64,000 nucleotides of DNA, taken from positions 1,248,001 through 1,312,000 of the forward strand of contig CAWDVR010000001.1 in NCBI GenBank assembly GCA_963805975.1, written 5' to 3'. Made by a program: the position numbers and the translations under genes. Below the pieces are notes generated by a model that saw nothing but the letters and a program-made list of their open reading frames with translations, was not told the origin of the DNA and did not search any database. Source of the stretch: an uncultured Acidobacteriota bacterium (lineage in GTDB: Bacteria > Acidobacteriota > Thermoanaerobaculia > Multivoradales > SZUA-115). Shown here one piece after another: positions 17,592 to 25,983 of the stretch; the first letter of the stretch is position 1, and each line of letters begins with the position of its first letter.

Positions 17592-19489
17592 CTCGTCCGG
17601 CGGCGCGGTGGCCGCTTGCCCGGAGCTCGTTTGCCTGGGGTTCGCTTACCTGGGGGCCGCTGGCCCGAGCGCTGGGGCGCCTTGCGTCTCTCCTTGCTCG
17701 GCGGCCCGGCCTGGGCGAGCCTGAAGTCGAGGCCCCGGTGGCGCTCGCTGACGCCGGCGAGCAGCACCTCGATTTCCTGCGCGAGCTGGAAGACGCGGCC
17801 GGTGCGGGCCCCAACCAGACGATGGGCCTCGGCCTCGAAGACGTAGAAGTCGTCGCCCAGCTCGCGCACCGGCAGCAGGCCGTCGACGAACAGCTCGTCG
17901 AGCTGGACGAAGCAGCCGAAGGCCGTGACCCCGGTCACCCGGCCGTGGAAGGTCTCGCCCACCCGCTCGGCCAGGAACCGCACCTTCTTCCACTGCAGGA
18001 GATCGCGCTCGGCCTGCTCGGCCCGGCGCTCGAGGAGGCTCGTCTGCTCCGCGATGGCCGGCAGGCGGAGGGCGAAGTCCTCCGCGCCACCGGGAGGCTC
18101 CTCGCTTCGCAGGAGCGCCTTGAGCACGCGGTGGACCACGAGGTCCGGATAGCGCCGGATCGGCGAGGTGAAGTGGGTGTAGGCCGGGGCGCCCAGGGCG
18201 TAGTGGCCCCGGCACTCCGGCGAGTAGAGCGCGCGGGCCACGGAACGCAGCACCAGCGACGAGACGAAGCCCGACTCCGGGCGCTCCGCGGACTGGGCCA
18301 GCACGTCCTGGAGGGCGGCCGGCGAGTGTGCCGCCAGCTCCGTGTCGAGCTTCACGCCCAGGGGGCGAAGCACCTCGGCGAGCTCTTCGAGCGCCGGCCC
18401 CGGCGGCGGATCGTGGACCCGATAGAGGCTGGGCGCAGCGCGGCGCTCGGTCTCCCCTGCCACCGCCTCGTTGGCGGCGATCATCAGCTCCTCGATCACC
18501 CGATGGGCCACGTTGCGCTCGGAGGCGCGGATGTCGATCGTGTGGCCCTCGTCGTCGAGCACCAGGTCACCGGTCGGCAGATCGAAGTCGATCGAGCCCC
18601 GTTCCACGCGCCTGCGGTTGAGGGCCCGCATCAGCCCGGCCATGTCGGTGAGCAGCGGCAGGACCTCGCCGTAGTGCGCCGCGTCGTCCTCTCGCGGCTC
18701 TTCGAGCACGCGGCGCACCTCGGTGTAGGTCAGGCGCCGCCGGCTCTGGATCACGGTCTCGGCGAAATGGCGCGCCCGGACGTTCCCCTCCGAGTCGAGA
18801 TCGAGGAACACCGAGAGGGTGAGCCGCGGCACCCCGGGCCGGAGCGAGCAGAGGCCGCTCGACAGCGCCTCGGGCAACATGGGAACGGCGCGATCGGGGA
18901 AGTAGACGCTGGTACCGCGCTCCAGGGCAGAGCGGTCGAGAGGCGTGCCCTCGACCACGTAGTGGGCCACGTCCGCGATGTGAACGCCGAGCCGAAAGCC
19001 GCCGTCGGCGCTCCGCCACAGAGAGATGGCGTCGTCGAAGTCGCGGGCGGTCTCGCCGTCGATCGTCACCACCAGCTCGCGGCGCATGTCCTCCCGGCCC
19101 CGCCAGTCCTCGGGGGTCGGGTCGGGCGGCAGCCGTTCGGCTGCGCGGAGGACGTCCTCGGGAAAACCCTCGGGGATCCCCGCGTGACGCAGGAGGACGG
19201 TGGTATCCACCCCCGGCGTCTCGGGGCGCCCCAGCACCTCGACGACATGACCGCGATGCGGGCGCCGCGGCTTGGGGTTCGGCTCGACGCGGGCCACCAC
19301 GTAGACCTTGTCCTCGAGCTCGTCGGCATCGACGAGCTCGATGTCGAGCGAGATCCGGGGATCGAAGGGCACGAGCCATCGCCGTCCGGCGCCGTCGGCC
19401 TCGATCGAGCCCACCATGAGCTGGGCCGCGGCTTCCACCGCGGCGCTGTCACCTGCAAGAGTCGCGGCGCTGTCGCCTGCAAGAGTCAT
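17588..19489 (-). CDS. rnr: Ribonuclease R (N-terminally short form)
   Basis: TIDGETARDFDDA, HIADV, HFTSPIRRYPDL, S1 domain, basic tail. Confidence 0.9.
   Translation of the reverse strand: MTLAGDSAATLAGDSAAVEAAAQLMVGSIEADGAGRRWLVPFDPRISLDIELVDADELEDKVYVVARVEPNPKPRRPHRGHVVEVLGRPETPGVDTTVLLRHAGIPEGFPEDVLRAAERLPPDPTPEDWRGREDMRRELVVTIDGETARDFDDAISLWRSADGGFRLGVHIADVAHYVVEGTPLDRSALERGTSVYFPDRAVPMLPEALSSGLCSLRPGVPRLTLSVFLDLDSEGNVRARHFAETVIQSRRRLTYTEVRRVLEEPREDDAAHYGEVLPLLTDMAGLMRALNRRRVERGSIDFDLPTGDLVLDDEGHTIDIRASERNVAHRVIEELMIAANEAVAGETERRAAPSLYRVHDPPPGPALEELAEVLRPLGVKLDTELAAHSPAALQDVLAQSAERPESGFVSSLVLRSVARALYSPECRGHYALGAPAYTHFTSPIRRYPDLVVHRVLKALLRSEEPPGGAEDFALRLPAIAEQTSLLERRAEQAERDLLQWKKVRFLAERVGETFHGRVTGVTAFGCFVQLDELFVDGLLPVRELGDDFYVFEAEAHRLVGARTGRVFQLAQEIEVLLAGVSERHRGLDFRLAQAGPPSKERRKAPQRSGQRPPGKRTPGKRAPGKRPPRRRTR
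19439..19487 (-). repeat. 24-bp tandem duplication at rnr 5' end (TLAGDSAA x2)
   Basis: CGCGGCGCTGTCRCCTGCAAGAGT twice. Confidence 0.9.
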
Positions 19490-19494
19490 ATTGT

Positions 19495-19523
19495 TTGACA
19501 CCCCTCTAGGTCTTCCCTAGAAT
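19495..19523 (+). promoter_or_regulatory. sigma70 promoter of tRNA-Leu
   Basis: TTGACA-N17-TAGAAT. Confidence 0.8.
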
Positions 19524-19545
19524 TCCCGGACCGCGAAACTGGCGG

Positions 19546-19635
<90 letters not shown>

Positions 19636-19753
19636 CTCACTCTCATCCTTCTCATCCGGTAGTAGATTCGCTGGCTGGGCGACGGTCGCGTCGCTGGGCG
19701 GCGACCGCTCGCCACCCTGACCGGGCGGCCGAGCCGGCAAGCCGAGGAGGGCT

Positions 19754-20026
19754 CTAGGAAGCGGCGACCTGCTGCTTGGAGAGCACGAAATCGGCGAGCG
19801 CGTCCACGGAAGCCAGGGCACGGGCGCCGACCTCCTCGTCCTCGACCTTGACGCCGAACTCCTGCTCGATGCCGAGCACCAGCTCCAAGGCGTCGATCGA
19901 GTCCAGCCCCAGGCCTTCTCCGAACAGCGGGGTCGTGTCGCCGATCTGCGATGGTTCGACGTCGAGCTTGAGGCGCTCGACGATGGTCTTTTTGATCCGG
20001 GCCTTTAGATCCAATACATCCGTCAT
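19754..20026 (-). CDS. Acyl carrier protein (aryl polyene/ApeE-like)
   Basis: PLFGEGLGLDSIDALEL phosphopantetheine motif. Confidence 0.88.
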   Translation of the reverse strand: MTDVLDLKARIKKTIVERLKLDVEPSQIGDTTPLFGEGLGLDSIDALELVLGIEQEFGVKVEDEEVGARALASVDALADFVLSKQQVAAS

Positions 20027-20095
20027 GCCGCGAATGCTAGCACAGGGTTCCGAGGGCTTCATGAACCCGATGGCGGGTGCGTCGGGAGCGCGGCG

Positions 20096-20175
20096 GATGG
20101 ATTCCCGCTTTCGCGGGAATGACGTAGAGGAGAGCGGCTGCCCCTCTGTCATTCCCGCGAAAGCGGGAATCCATC
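20096..20175. repeat. Inverted pair of 28-bp REP-like palindromes (GTCATTCCCGCGAAAGCGGGAATCCATC)
   Basis: Arms 20096-20123 and 20148-20175 are perfect reverse complements and each is itself a hairpin. Confidence 0.9.
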
Positions 20176-20179
20176 GACC

Positions 20180-20938
20180 TCAGGCCATGATGAGGCCGCC
20201 ATCCAGCCTCAGCACCTGCCCCGTCATGTACCCCGCCTCTTCGGACGCCAGGTACGCCACCAGCGCCGCCACCTCCTCGGGCCTTCCGATGCGCTTCAGC
20301 GGGACCTCGGCGAGGTACTGCTGGAGCTTCTGAGGCGGTACCGAGGACAGCATCTCGGTGTCGATGAAGCCGGGGGCCACGGCGTTGGCCGTCACTCCAT
20401 AGGAGGCCACCTCGCGGGCCAGCGCCTTGGTGAAGGCGATGAGGCCGCCCTTGGCCGCGCTGTAGTGCGTCTGGCCGATCTGGCCGCCCACGCCGCTGGC
20501 GCTGGCGATCGAGATCACCCTTCCCCACCGCGTCTTGAGCATGCCCTTGAGCAAGGCCTTGGTGAGCACATAGGGGCCCTTGAGGTTCACGTCCATGACC
20601 TCGTCCCAGTCCTTCTCCGGCAGGAAGGCGAGGAGCGAGTCGCGGATCAGGCCCGCGTTGTGGACCAGGACCCCGACCGCGCCGAGGTCGTCTTCCACCG
20701 CGGCCGCCACCCGTTTCACTTCCGCCGCATCCCGCAGATCCAGAGCATAGGCCCGGGCGCCGAGCTCCGCGGCCAGCCTCTGCGCAGGCTCACGCTGGCT
20801 GCGGTAGGTGATGGCTACACGGCAGCCACGGGCAGCCAGCTCCCGCGCGCACGCGGCGCCGATGCCGCCGGCCGCGCCGGTGACCAGCGCGGTGCGCACC
20901 GGGCTCACCCCGGAGTCGATCATCCGGGGCTCGATCAT
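20180..20938 (-). CDS. fabG: 3-oxoacyl-ACP reductase (FabG-like SDR)
   Basis: TGAAGGIG, NAG..RD, GQTHYSAAK, VAPGFIDT. Confidence 0.88.
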   Translation of the reverse strand: MIEPRMIDSGVSPVRTALVTGAAGGIGAACARELAARGCRVAITYRSQREPAQRLAAELGARAYALDLRDAAEVKRVAAAVEDDLGAVGVLVHNAGLIRDSLLAFLPEKDWDEVMDVNLKGPYVLTKALLKGMLKTRWGRVISIASASGVGGQIGQTHYSAAKGGLIAFTKALAREVASYGVTANAVAPGFIDTEMLSSVPPQKLQQYLAEVPLKRIGRPEEVAALVAYLASEEAGYMTGQVLRLDGGLIMA

Positions 20939-21885
20939 CCGAGGCTCGCTTCGACGCTGGGCGCCGGGACGGCGAAGGGCTCTTCCGGGAGGCGGCTCGA
21001 CGCCTCCCGGAGCGCGAGCGTCGCGGCCACGCTCTGCCAGGGCAGCGCGGCGAGCAGCGTGCGGAACCGCTCGCGATATCCGAGCCTCCCGGTCTCGTGG
21101 ACGAAGTGGGCGAGGCCCGTCAGGCGGCCGGGCGTGGGACGGCCGGAGACCTCCCACGGGTGGACCACTGCGAGCGGCAGGCCACCCCGGCGTTGCATCG
21201 ACCGCGCCGCAGCCACCACCCAGGAAGCCGGGAGGGACCGGCCCGTCCAGCTTCCGGCCGGCAGGCGCAACGGGCCGCCCAGGGGCAGCGGGGGCAGCTC
21301 GAGGAGGCTCGGTCCGGGGCCGGCGGCCCCGCGGTCCGGCCAGGTCAGGCGCGTGGGCCACCGCGGGTTGCCGAGGCTCCCGGCACCCCAATAGGGCGCG
21401 AGCGAGCTGTCGTACTCGTAGCCCAGGGCCGCCAGCTCGGCGAGGCGCGGGTTCCCGGGCTCGCGGAGCGACCACTCCGGCGCCCTGAAGCCGCGCACGG
21501 GCGCGCCGGTCAGATCCTCGAGCATGGCCTTCGAGTCCCGAGCCTGCGCGACGAAGTCCCGCACCGGGAGGTCGTTTGCCCGCAGGTGATGGAAGGAGTG
21601 GCTGCCGATCTCGTGGCCGGCGGCGGCGATCTCCCGGATGCGCCCTCCGTGCCCTGCGGCGACCTCGCCCAGCACGAAGAACGTGGCCTGTCGTCCCGCC
21701 TCAGCCAAGAGGTCGAGGAGCTCCGGCAGCAGGAAACCCAGCTCCTCCGCCAGGCCCGCGGGCCGCAGCTCGGGCCGCACGTAGGCCGGCACCAGGCAGG
21801 TGTGGTACCACTCCTCCACGTCCACCGAGAGCGCGTAGCCGAACGGCCCGCTGATCCGGGCCAGATGAGGGAGCTCAGGCCTCAT
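20935..21885 (-). CDS. Polysaccharide deacetylase (DUF3473-type)
   Basis: SVDVEEW, ATFFVLG, GHEIGSHSFHH, GFRAP, YDSS, HPWE. Confidence 0.88.
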   Translation of the reverse strand: MRPELPHLARISGPFGYALSVDVEEWYHTCLVPAYVRPELRPAGLAEELGFLLPELLDLLAEAGRQATFFVLGEVAAGHGGRIREIAAAGHEIGSHSFHHLRANDLPVRDFVAQARDSKAMLEDLTGAPVRGFRAPEWSLREPGNPRLAELAALGYEYDSSLAPYWGAGSLGNPRWPTRLTWPDRGAAGPGPSLLELPPLPLGGPLRLPAGSWTGRSLPASWVVAAARSMQRRGGLPLAVVHPWEVSGRPTPGRLTGLAHFVHETGRLGYRERFRTLLAALPWQSVAATLALREASSRLPEEPFAVPAPSVEASLG

Positions 21886-22570
21886 CGAAGACCTTGAAGT
21901 AGACCGCGGCCCAGGAGATGCGGAGTGTGTCCCGGATCGGTTGGAAATGGCTGGGAGCCCCGTCGTAGATGGTGGCGATCGGCACGTGGCCGATCTTGGC
22001 GCCGAGCGCCGCGGCCTTGAGCAGCATCTCGGACTCGATGGCATAGCCGCGGGAAGAGAGACGCAGGCGCCGCGCCAGCCTCGCCGACAGGAGCCGGTAG
22101 CCGGACTGGCTGTCCTCCAGCTCGACGCCGCTCATCCAGGTGAGGACCCGGGAGCCGATGTAGTTGGTGAAGTAGCGGGCCCGGGGAATGCACTCACTGT
22201 CCCGGAGCCGCGAGCCGATGATCAGCTCGCCCTTCCCGGCCTCCCAGGCGCCGATCAGCCCGGGAAGGTCCGCCGGTGCGTGCTGACCGTCGCCATCGAG
22301 CAGGACGATCGCTTCCGGCGAGGAGGGGGCCGCGGGCGAGCCGGCCAGCGCCAGCTCCAGGCCGCGCCGCAGGGCGGCACCCTTGCCCTGGTTGGTCGCC
22401 AGACGCTCCACCCGGGCTCCGGCGGCTTGCGCGGCCTCGGCCGTCCCGTCGCTCGAGCCGTCGTCCACCACGATCACGGTGCCCACGTGATCGAGACAGC
22501 CGGCGACCACCCGGCCGATCGTGGGAGCGCAGTTGAAGGCGGGGATGGTGGCGACCAGGTCGCGGTGCAC
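21875..22570 (-). CDS. Glycosyltransferase family 2 (DPM synthase-like)
   Basis: IPAFN, VVDDGSSD, GKGAAL, DGDGQH, DSQSGYR. Confidence 0.92.
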   Translation of the reverse strand: MHRDLVATIPAFNCAPTIGRVVAGCLDHVGTVIVVDDGSSDGTAEAAQAAGARVERLATNQGKGAALRRGLELALAGSPAAPSSPEAIVLLDGDGQHAPADLPGLIGAWEAGKGELIIGSRLRDSECIPRARYFTNYIGSRVLTWMSGVELEDSQSGYRLLSARLARRLRLSSRGYAIESEMLLKAAALGAKIGHVPIATIYDGAPSHFQPIRDTLRISWAAVYFKVFDEA

Positions 22571-22608
22571 CCATAAAGTCTAGCCCGATCCTTGCTCGCT
22601 TGCGGTCC

Positions 22609-22626
22609 TTGTGACATCGTTCACGA
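22609..22626. promoter_or_regulatory. Rex operator (Rex box) overlapping nuoA promoter
   Basis: TTGTGAC-ATCG-TTCACGA versus consensus TTGTGAA-N4-TTCACAA (2 mismatches); rex lies at the end of the same operon; TAGACT -10 at 22633-22638. Confidence 0.75.
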
Positions 22627-22646
22627 GTTCGCTAGACTTGCGCGCC

Positions 22647-23054
22647 ATGCCCCAAGACTATTACCCCGTGCTGCTGGCCCTGGGGGTCGGCATCCTGGTC
22701 GGAACCGGCATGCTCGTGGTGTCGCGTCTGCTCGGCAAACAGGTCGGGGGCCGCTCGAAGCTCACCCCCTACGAGTCCGGCGTCCCGCTCCTCGACCGCT
22801 CGCACAAGCGCCTGTCGATCGCCTTTTTTCTCGTCGCCATCGACTTCATCGTCTTCGACCTCGAGGCCGCCTTCCTCTTTCCCTGGGCTCTGGTGATGAA
22901 GGAAAAGGGCTGGCCGCTCTTCTGGCCGGTGATGGGCTTCGTGGCCCTGATCCTGGTGGGCTACGCCTACGTGTGGCGCAAGGGCGGCCTGGATATTGGC
23001 CTTAAGAGCAATGCGGGCCTCAAGAGCAGGCAAGTGGAAAGGTTGGGCGGCTGA
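22647..23054 (+). CDS. nuoA: NADH-quinone oxidoreductase subunit A
   Basis: KLTPYESG, FIVFDLEAAFLFPWA, WRKGGL. Confidence 0.92.
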   Translation: MPQDYYPVLLALGVGILVGTGMLVVSRLLGKQVGGRSKLTPYESGVPLLDRSHKRLSIAFFLVAIDFIVFDLEAAFLFPWALVMKEKGWPLFWPVMGFVALILVGYAYVWRKGGLDIGLKSNAGLKSRQVERLGG

Positions 23055-23524
23055 TGGTGCTCTCGGCCGAGGTCCGCCAGCAGATCGCCGAGGCGCGGCG
23101 CCGCTACCCCACGGAGCGGGCAGCCCTGCTGCCGGCGCTGCACATCGCGCAGGACGCCTCCGGCGGCTGGTTGCCGGACGCGGTGATCGACGCGGTGGCC
23201 GCCGAGCTGCACCTCGATCCGGCGGACGTCTACGGCGTGGTCACCTTCTACGACCTCTACCACCAGAAGCCGGTCGGCCGGCACCGCATCCGGGTGTGCA
23301 CCAACGTACCCTGCATGCTGCGCGGCTCGGACGGCATCCTGGCCACGCTCAAGGCCGAGCTCGGGGTGGACGAGGACGAGGTGACGCCCGACGGCCGCTG
23401 CTCCTACGTCCACTTCGAATGCCTGGGCTCCTGCGACACGGCGCCGATGATGATGGTCGACCAGGACTACCACGAGAACCTGACGCACGAGCAAGTGCGC
23501 GAGATCGTCAAGGGGCTTGCCTAG
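23054..23524 (+). CDS. nuoE: NADH-quinone oxidoreductase subunit E
   Basis: VVTFY, CTNVPC, ECLGSCDTAP 2Fe-2S ligands. Confidence 0.95.
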   Translation: MVLSAEVRQQIAEARRRYPTERAALLPALHIAQDASGGWLPDAVIDAVAAELHLDPADVYGVVTFYDLYHQKPVGRHRIRVCTNVPCMLRGSDGILATLKAELGVDEDEVTPDGRCSYVHFECLGSCDTAPMMMVDQDYHENLTHEQVREIVKGLA

Positions 23525-24597
23525 TGTACCGTCCTCGTAATCCGCGCAAGGATGCGGTTGTGGTTACGGACGATGCGGTGTGGGGACTTGGTCCAGACAA
23601 AGGGCGTGGGGTTGTCGTTCCAAGCTCGCAGGAAGTCCTTGATGTGGCGCATGAGAGCGGCCTTCGATGGGAAGCTCGTACGTCGCAGGCTGCGACGGGT
23701 CAGGATGCTGAAGAATCCCTCTACTTGGTTGAGCCAGGAAGCACTGGTGGGAGTGAAGTGAAAGGTGATCCGAGGGTTCTTCGTCAACCAGGCCTGGACC
23801 TCGGGTGTCTTGTGAGTGGAGGAGTTGTCCAGGACGACGTGCAATTCGCGCCGCGGAAACTCGCGCTGGAGCCGATCGAGGAAACTAAGGAAGTCCGCGC
23901 CGGTGTGAGAGTCCCGACAGTCTCCGACCACTCGGCCCGTCGCCAGTTCCAAAGCCGCGTAGAGGTCTGTGACTCCATGCCTCTTGTAGTCGTGGGTGCG
24001 CCGTTGCGGTTGCCCGGACCTCAAGGGCAGCAAAGGTTGGGTTCTCTCCAGCGCCTGAACTTGGGTCTTCTCGTCCAGACACAGCACGACAGCCTTCTCC
24101 GGCGGGTTCAGGTACAGACCCACCACGTCCTGGACCTTCTCAGCGAACCGCGGATCCTTGCTGACTTTGAAGGTCTGCTGCAGATGCGGCTTCAGGTCGT
24201 TCGCCCGAAGAATCTTATGCACGACCGTGTGCCCCAGCTTCACCCGAACCGCCAGCTGCCGAACCGACCAGTGCGAGTAGCCGGCCGGCGGCGGCTCCAT
24301 CACCGTCTTCACGATCTCGCGCACCTTCGCCTCCGAGACGTTGTTCCCGCGACCCGGCTTGGGCTGGTCCGCCAAGCCGGCCACGCCTCCACGTTCGAAG
24401 CGCTTGCGCAGGCGGCTGACCTGGGGAACCGAAAGGTGAAGACGCTTCGCGATCTCCACGCCCGAGACCCCCTCGTGGGCCAACAAAACCAGCCGAGCCC
24501 GACGCACATGGCCCGCCGGCGCTGTCGGCTGAGCCACCAAGGCTTCCAGAGCCGCCCGATCTCGGGCACTCACACGAAGAACCCTCGTCTTTCCCAT
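23521..24597 (-). CDS. IS630-family DDE transposase
   Basis: HTH N-terminus, CLDEKTQVQAL, HDYKRHG, VLDNSSTHK, FTPTSASWLNQVE, PFVWTK. Confidence 0.97.
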   Translation of the reverse strand: MGKTRVLRVSARDRAALEALVAQPTAPAGHVRRARLVLLAHEGVSGVEIAKRLHLSVPQVSRLRKRFERGGVAGLADQPKPGRGNNVSEAKVREIVKTVMEPPPAGYSHWSVRQLAVRVKLGHTVVHKILRANDLKPHLQQTFKVSKDPRFAEKVQDVVGLYLNPPEKAVVLCLDEKTQVQALERTQPLLPLRSGQPQRRTHDYKRHGVTDLYAALELATGRVVGDCRDSHTGADFLSFLDRLQREFPRRELHVVLDNSSTHKTPEVQAWLTKNPRITFHFTPTSASWLNQVEGFFSILTRRSLRRTSFPSKAALMRHIKDFLRAWNDNPTPFVWTKSPHRIVRNHNRILARITRTVH

Positions 24598-24656
24598 GCT
24601 CCTTCATACGAATCTACCTCGATCTTCGTTACACCTATTTCGAGGACGACACACTA
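23522..24656 (-). mobile_element. IS630-family insertion sequence with TA target duplication
   Basis: Ends TAGTGTACCGTCCTCGTAAT and (reverse complement) TAGTGTGTCGTCCTCGAAAT match 17/20; TA at 23522-23523 and 24655-24656 inside CTAG; lower GC than flanks. Confidence 0.95.
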
Positions 24657-24657
24657 G

Positions 24658-25944
24658 ATGGTTTCCGAGCCCGTCCTGATGCGCAACGTCGGCCACCCGG
24701 AGGCCCTGACGGTCCAGGGCTACCGGGACCGTGGCGGCTACGTGGGCCTGGCCAAGGGACTGGCCATGACGCCCGAGGCGCTGATCGAGGAAGTGAAAGC
24801 CTCGGGCCTGCGGGGCCGCGGCGGCGCCGGCTTCCCCACCGGCTCCAAGTGGAGCTTCGTTCCGAAGAGCAAGGACAAGCCGAAGTACATCGTCTGCAAC
24901 GCGGACGAGTCCGAGCCCGGCACTTTCAAGGACCGCCTGCTGATGGAGAAAGACCCCCATCAGTTGATCGAGGGCTGCGCGCTGGCCGGTTACGCCGTGG
25001 GCGCGGAGACGACCTACATCTACATCCGCGGCGAGTACACCTATGCGGCTCGCGTGCTCGACGACGCCATCCGCGAGGCCTACGCCGCCGGTTTCCTGGG
25101 CGAGAACATCTTGGGGTCCGGCTTCCGGCACGACATGTACGTCCATCGCGGCGCCGGCGCCTACATCTGCGGCGAGGAGACCGGGCTGCTCGAGTCGCTC
25201 GAGGGCAAGCGCGGCCAGCCCAGGGTGAAGCCGCCGTTCCCCGCCGTGGTCGGCGCCTTCGGCTGCCCGACGGTGATCAACAACGTCGAGACCCTGTGCT
25301 GCGTGCCGCACATCCTGGAGCGCGGCGCGGCGTGGTTCAAGGCCATCGGCACCGACGAGCGCAACACCGGCCCCAAGCTCTACGCGGTCTCCGGCCACGT
25401 GGAGCGGCCCGGCACCTACGAGCTGCCGATCGGCGTCACCTTCGACGAGCTGCTCGAGGTCTGCGGCGGCATGTGGCAGGGCCGGGCGCTCAAGGCCTAC
25501 ATCCCGGGCGGCGCCTCCGCGGCCGTGCTCACTGCCGAGGACCGCGGCTTGAAGCTCGACTTCGACACCATGGCCAAGGCCGGCAGCATGCTCGGCTCGG
25601 CGGCGGTGATGGTGCTCGACGAGACCACGGACATGGTGCGGGTGGCCTACCGCTTCGCCAAGTTCTTCAGCCACGAGTCCTGCGGCCAGTGCACGCCCTG
25701 CCGCGAGGGCACCAACTGGCAGGAGCTGATCCTCGAGCGCGTCCTCCACGGCCACGGCCGGCCGAGCGACGTGGACCTGTTGATCAACGTCAGCGACCGC
25801 ATCGGCGGCAACTCGCTCTGTGCCCTGGGTGACGCCGCCGTGGGCCCGGCGCGATCGATCGCCATGAAGTTCCGCCACGAGTTCCTGGCCAAGATGCCGG
25901 CGGCGGCCCCCGAGGCGCGCGTCGCGCTGCCCATCGCGAGCTAG
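24658..25944 (+). CDS. nuoF: NADH-quinone oxidoreductase subunit F
   Basis: GLRGRGGAGFPTG, NADESEPGTFKDR, ESCGQCTPCREG. Confidence 0.97.
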   Translation: MVSEPVLMRNVGHPEALTVQGYRDRGGYVGLAKGLAMTPEALIEEVKASGLRGRGGAGFPTGSKWSFVPKSKDKPKYIVCNADESEPGTFKDRLLMEKDPHQLIEGCALAGYAVGAETTYIYIRGEYTYAARVLDDAIREAYAAGFLGENILGSGFRHDMYVHRGAGAYICGEETGLLESLEGKRGQPRVKPPFPAVVGAFGCPTVINNVETLCCVPHILERGAAWFKAIGTDERNTGPKLYAVSGHVERPGTYELPIGVTFDELLEVCGGMWQGRALKAYIPGGASAAVLTAEDRGLKLDFDTMAKAGSMLGSAAVMVLDETTDMVRVAYRFAKFFSHESCGQCTPCREGTNWQELILERVLHGHGRPSDVDLLINVSDRIGGNSLCALGDAAVGPARSIAMKFRHEFLAKMPAAAPEARVALPIAS

Positions 25945-25983
25945 AGCGCCGCGCGAGCCACCCGAGACTGGAGCCCGGACCCG

